From NCBI GenBank assembly GCA_964016885.1, contig OZ024745.1:58094001-58158000 (forward strand): 64,000 nucleotides of DNA. The letters are read 5' to 3'. Source of the DNA: Eledone cirrhosa (Eukaryota). Made by a program: the position numbers and the translations under genes. The notes beneath the pieces are model-generated. The model ran no database searches, was not told the origin of the DNA, and saw nothing but the letters and a program-made list of their open reading frames with translations. Below are positions 56,387 through 64,000 of this stretch, piece by piece (position 1 is the first letter of the stretch; every line of letters begins with the position of its first letter).

Positions 56387-57112
56387 TATGAAGAGAGAAG
56401 AAACATTTAGATATAATTAGTAATAAAATGTATCATACCTAAACTGCTCCTAAATTCCTCGACTACGTAGTTTCGTGGCATAAACAAAAACAATATATCA
56501 TAAAGACATAGAATCCTTGCGAGGTCTGCCGACTTATCAAGAGGATACCTCATTTTACTAGTCTCAAGAACGCGTCTACACGACGTGAGAAAGAATCCCA
56601 AAAGGCGGAGGGGGAGATAGTCACGCGATATAACGGTCGAGAAACAGAGCTAAGCCTCTTATAACCCCGAAGAAAATACCACGGAGGCGGAGGGGGTATT
56701 TATATCGAGGCCGCAGAAGAGGTGGTGAAGAAGGCGAGAAGTATGAGTAATGGAAGCTTTCCAGCTGTCCCCACACTTCAAAGATTGCTCGACCAGGGGG
56801 AGTTATTAACAATATATTTAGAAACACACAGATACATGCGGACACACACATATATACATGAATGCATCCGCACCCAACTGTGAGTTAAGGGTGCCAACTT
56901 CACCGATGTTGCTCAATGAATGACTGGGACAGACCAATTCAGTTGAACTAGACTGAACCAGTATCAGAGTTAAAAATACATTATGAAAAGAGAAGAAACA
57001 TTTAGATATAATTAGTAATAAAATGTATCATACCTTAACTCACAGTTGGGTGCGGATGCATTCATGTATATATGTGTGTCCCCGCATGTATCTGTGTGTT
57101 TCTAAATATATT
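56384..57112 (-). mobile_element. ~595-bp unit with direct terminal repeat, inverted segment and U3-A8 HHR (56456-56545)
   Basis: 56384-56440 recurs at 56979-57036. 57036-57112 inverts about 56810-56887. HHR reads tcctc-TTGATAA-gtcggca...tgccac-GAAA ctacgtag TC-gagga. Confidence 0.85.
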
Positions 57113-57130
57113 ATATATATATATATATAT

Positions 57131-58392
57131 ATGAAAGACGTAAAATAAGAAAATTAAAAAAAGAAATTTTTTTTAAATTAACTTACTTACTTAAATTTTC
57201 ACTCCAACTACTTAGTTTCTGCAATGGGATAAAGACAGTTACGTAATGAACTGTTGAGAATTTCATTGCGTCATCAGGGAGGTCTATTCTCAGCCAAGTC
57301 TCCAGGCAATGCGCGGACACTGGGGACTCATATAAAAATAATAATAATTCGGTAAATGGAACAGCTATCGAGGACTGGATTCCAGGTACTAAAAATTCTC
57401 ACTGCTACTGGTCATATGGCCGATTCTAAAGAATCAATCACGTGACACAGAGGCTAGTCAGTAGGAATGGGATGGTAAGATTAAAGACGCCTACTAACAC
57501 CCCCAAAAAATTTAGAAGTGGTTTTGGCAGGTTTGCTCGACAAATCAGTGATTTGGAGATAAATATAGATAATTTAATATATCTACTAACATAAGCGCAC
57601 AGATGTACGCTAATGCCAGCAAATACACAGGTTATGTCATAGTACCTAGGTGGTTCAATGCAGAAGGATGCAGAACAATAATATAAAAGACGTAAAATAA
57701 GAAAATTTTTTAAAAAATTTTTTTAAAAATTAACTTACTTACTTAAATTTTCACTCCAACTAATTAGTTTCTGCAATGGGATAAAGACAGTTACGTAATG
57801 AACTGTTGAGAATTTCATTGCGTCATGAGGGAGGTCTATTCTCAACAAGTCTCCAGGCAATGCGCGGACACTGGGGACTCATATAAAAATAATAATAATT
57901 CGGTAAATGCAACAGCTATCGAGGACTGGATTCCAGGTACTAAAAATTCTCACTGCTACTGGACATATGGCCGATTCTAAAGAATCAATCACGTGACACA
58001 GAGGCTAGTCAGTAGGAATGGGATGGTAAGATGACAGACGCCTACTAACACCCCCAAAAAATTTAGAAGTGGTTTTGGCAGGTTTGCTCGACAAATCAGT
58101 GATTTGGAGATAAATATAGATAATTTAATATATCTACTAACATAAGCGCACAGATGTACGCTAATGCCGGCAAATACACAGGTTATGTCATAGTACCTAG
58201 GTGGTTCAATGCAGGAGGATGCAGAACAATAATATAAAAGACGTAAAATAAGAAAATTTAAAAAAAAAATTTTTTTTAAATTAACTTACTTACTTAAATT
58301 TTCACTCCAACTAATTAGTTTCTGCAATGGGATAAAGACAGTTACGTAATGAACTGTTGAGAATGTCATTGCGTCATCAGGGAGGTCTATTC
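57131..58392 (-). mobile_element. Tandem array of a ~552-bp HHR-bearing unit, about 2.3 copies, retrozyme-like
   Basis: Unit starts at 57134, 57686 and 58237. HHRs at 57202-57281, 57754-57833 (core mutated to CTCATGA) and 58305-58384. Confidence 0.9.
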
Positions 58393-58512
58393 TGTTAGAT
58401 ATATACATATATATATATACATATATACATGTATATATATACATATATATATATACATATATATACATGTATATTATATATATATATATATATATATGTA
58501 AATATGTATCTA

Positions 58513-58558
<46 letters not shown>

Positions 58559-58601
58559 TACATGTATATTATATATATATATATATATATATAAATATGT
58601 A

Positions 58602-58645
<44 letters not shown>

Positions 58646-58740
58646 TACATGTATATATATACATATATATATATACATATATATATACATGTATATTATA
58701 TATATATATATATATATAAATATGTATCTATATAAATATA

Positions 58741-58798
<58 letters not shown>

Positions 58799-58806
<8 letters not shown>

Positions 58807-59087
58807 GTAGTTTAGAAAGCCACAACAATGCAGATGGGAAATCTCGAGGTAGGAAGTGAGTGAGAAATAGGAGAAAAGTGAAAATTGAGAGAAACGAAAA
58901 TGAAAACAAAACAAAGGTAGAAGGGTTACCGTAGTGGAGATTTAATCTCCACTACGGTAACCCTTCTACCTTTGTTTTGTTTTCATTTTCGTTTCTCTCA
59001 ATTTTCACTTTTCTCCTATTTCTCACTCACTTCCTACCTCGAGATTTCCCATCTGCATTGTTGTGGCTTTCTAAACTACATATTTCA
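58799..59087. repeat. Perfect 289-bp palindrome
   Basis: 144-bp arms mirrored around base 58943. Confidence 0.95.
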
Positions 59088-59122
59088 CATATATCACAAT
59101 GCTTCAAGCAAACTTTAACACC

Positions 59123-63700
<4,578 letters not shown>

Positions 63701-63898
63701 AACCAGTAAGACCCCGACAGCTGAGCTCAAGCCGTTTCGACGGCTAATTCTGCGTCCAGAATTAGCCGTCGAAACGGCTTGAGCTCAGCTGTCGGGGTCT
63801 TACTGGTTCCTATTACCCACTCTACTACCTCAAGTATTGAGTACTTTGGTGCGTTATGGTCCACCTGGTTCCTTACCACATTTCCTTCGTTATATATT

Positions 63899-63970
<72 letters not shown>

Positions 63971-64000
63971 TTAATCTACCGGAGTAAACGGTAGTGTCGG

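Noticed and set aside
57131-58392. CRISPR-like array
   Set aside because: Whole-unit tandem copies with no unique spacers, in a eukaryotic context.

Overview
AT-rich, microsatellite-saturated eukaryotic DNA, probably an octopod cephalopod (inferred from the recurrent tRNA-derived SINE). I found no convincing host exon. Large recognisable elements are an apparently intact R4/Dong-type RLE non-LTR retrotransposon (ORF 2735-6127), a disabled Helitron Rep/helicase (about 59171-63610, minus), a 5'-truncated Penelope-like element (PLE) with GIY-YIG remnant and inverted pseudo-LTRs (about 33650-35045), decayed RTE/RLE LINE fragments, non-autonomous Helitrons, a mariner remnant and SINEs. The main hidden signal is about 24 type I hammerhead ribozyme (HHR) motifs from at least 12 sequence-distinct short elements. 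Nearly all sit in (TA)n tracts and occur as 0.3-1 kb head-to-tail repeats or fold-back palindromes. They have palindromic stem III loops, some have long or branched stem II, and they show compensatory changes including U3-A8 core variants. This looks like a diverse community of (TA)n-associated, PLE-dependent, retrozyme-like elements. All RNA structures were folded by eye and none is tested. Most short ORFs in the track are microsatellite artefacts.
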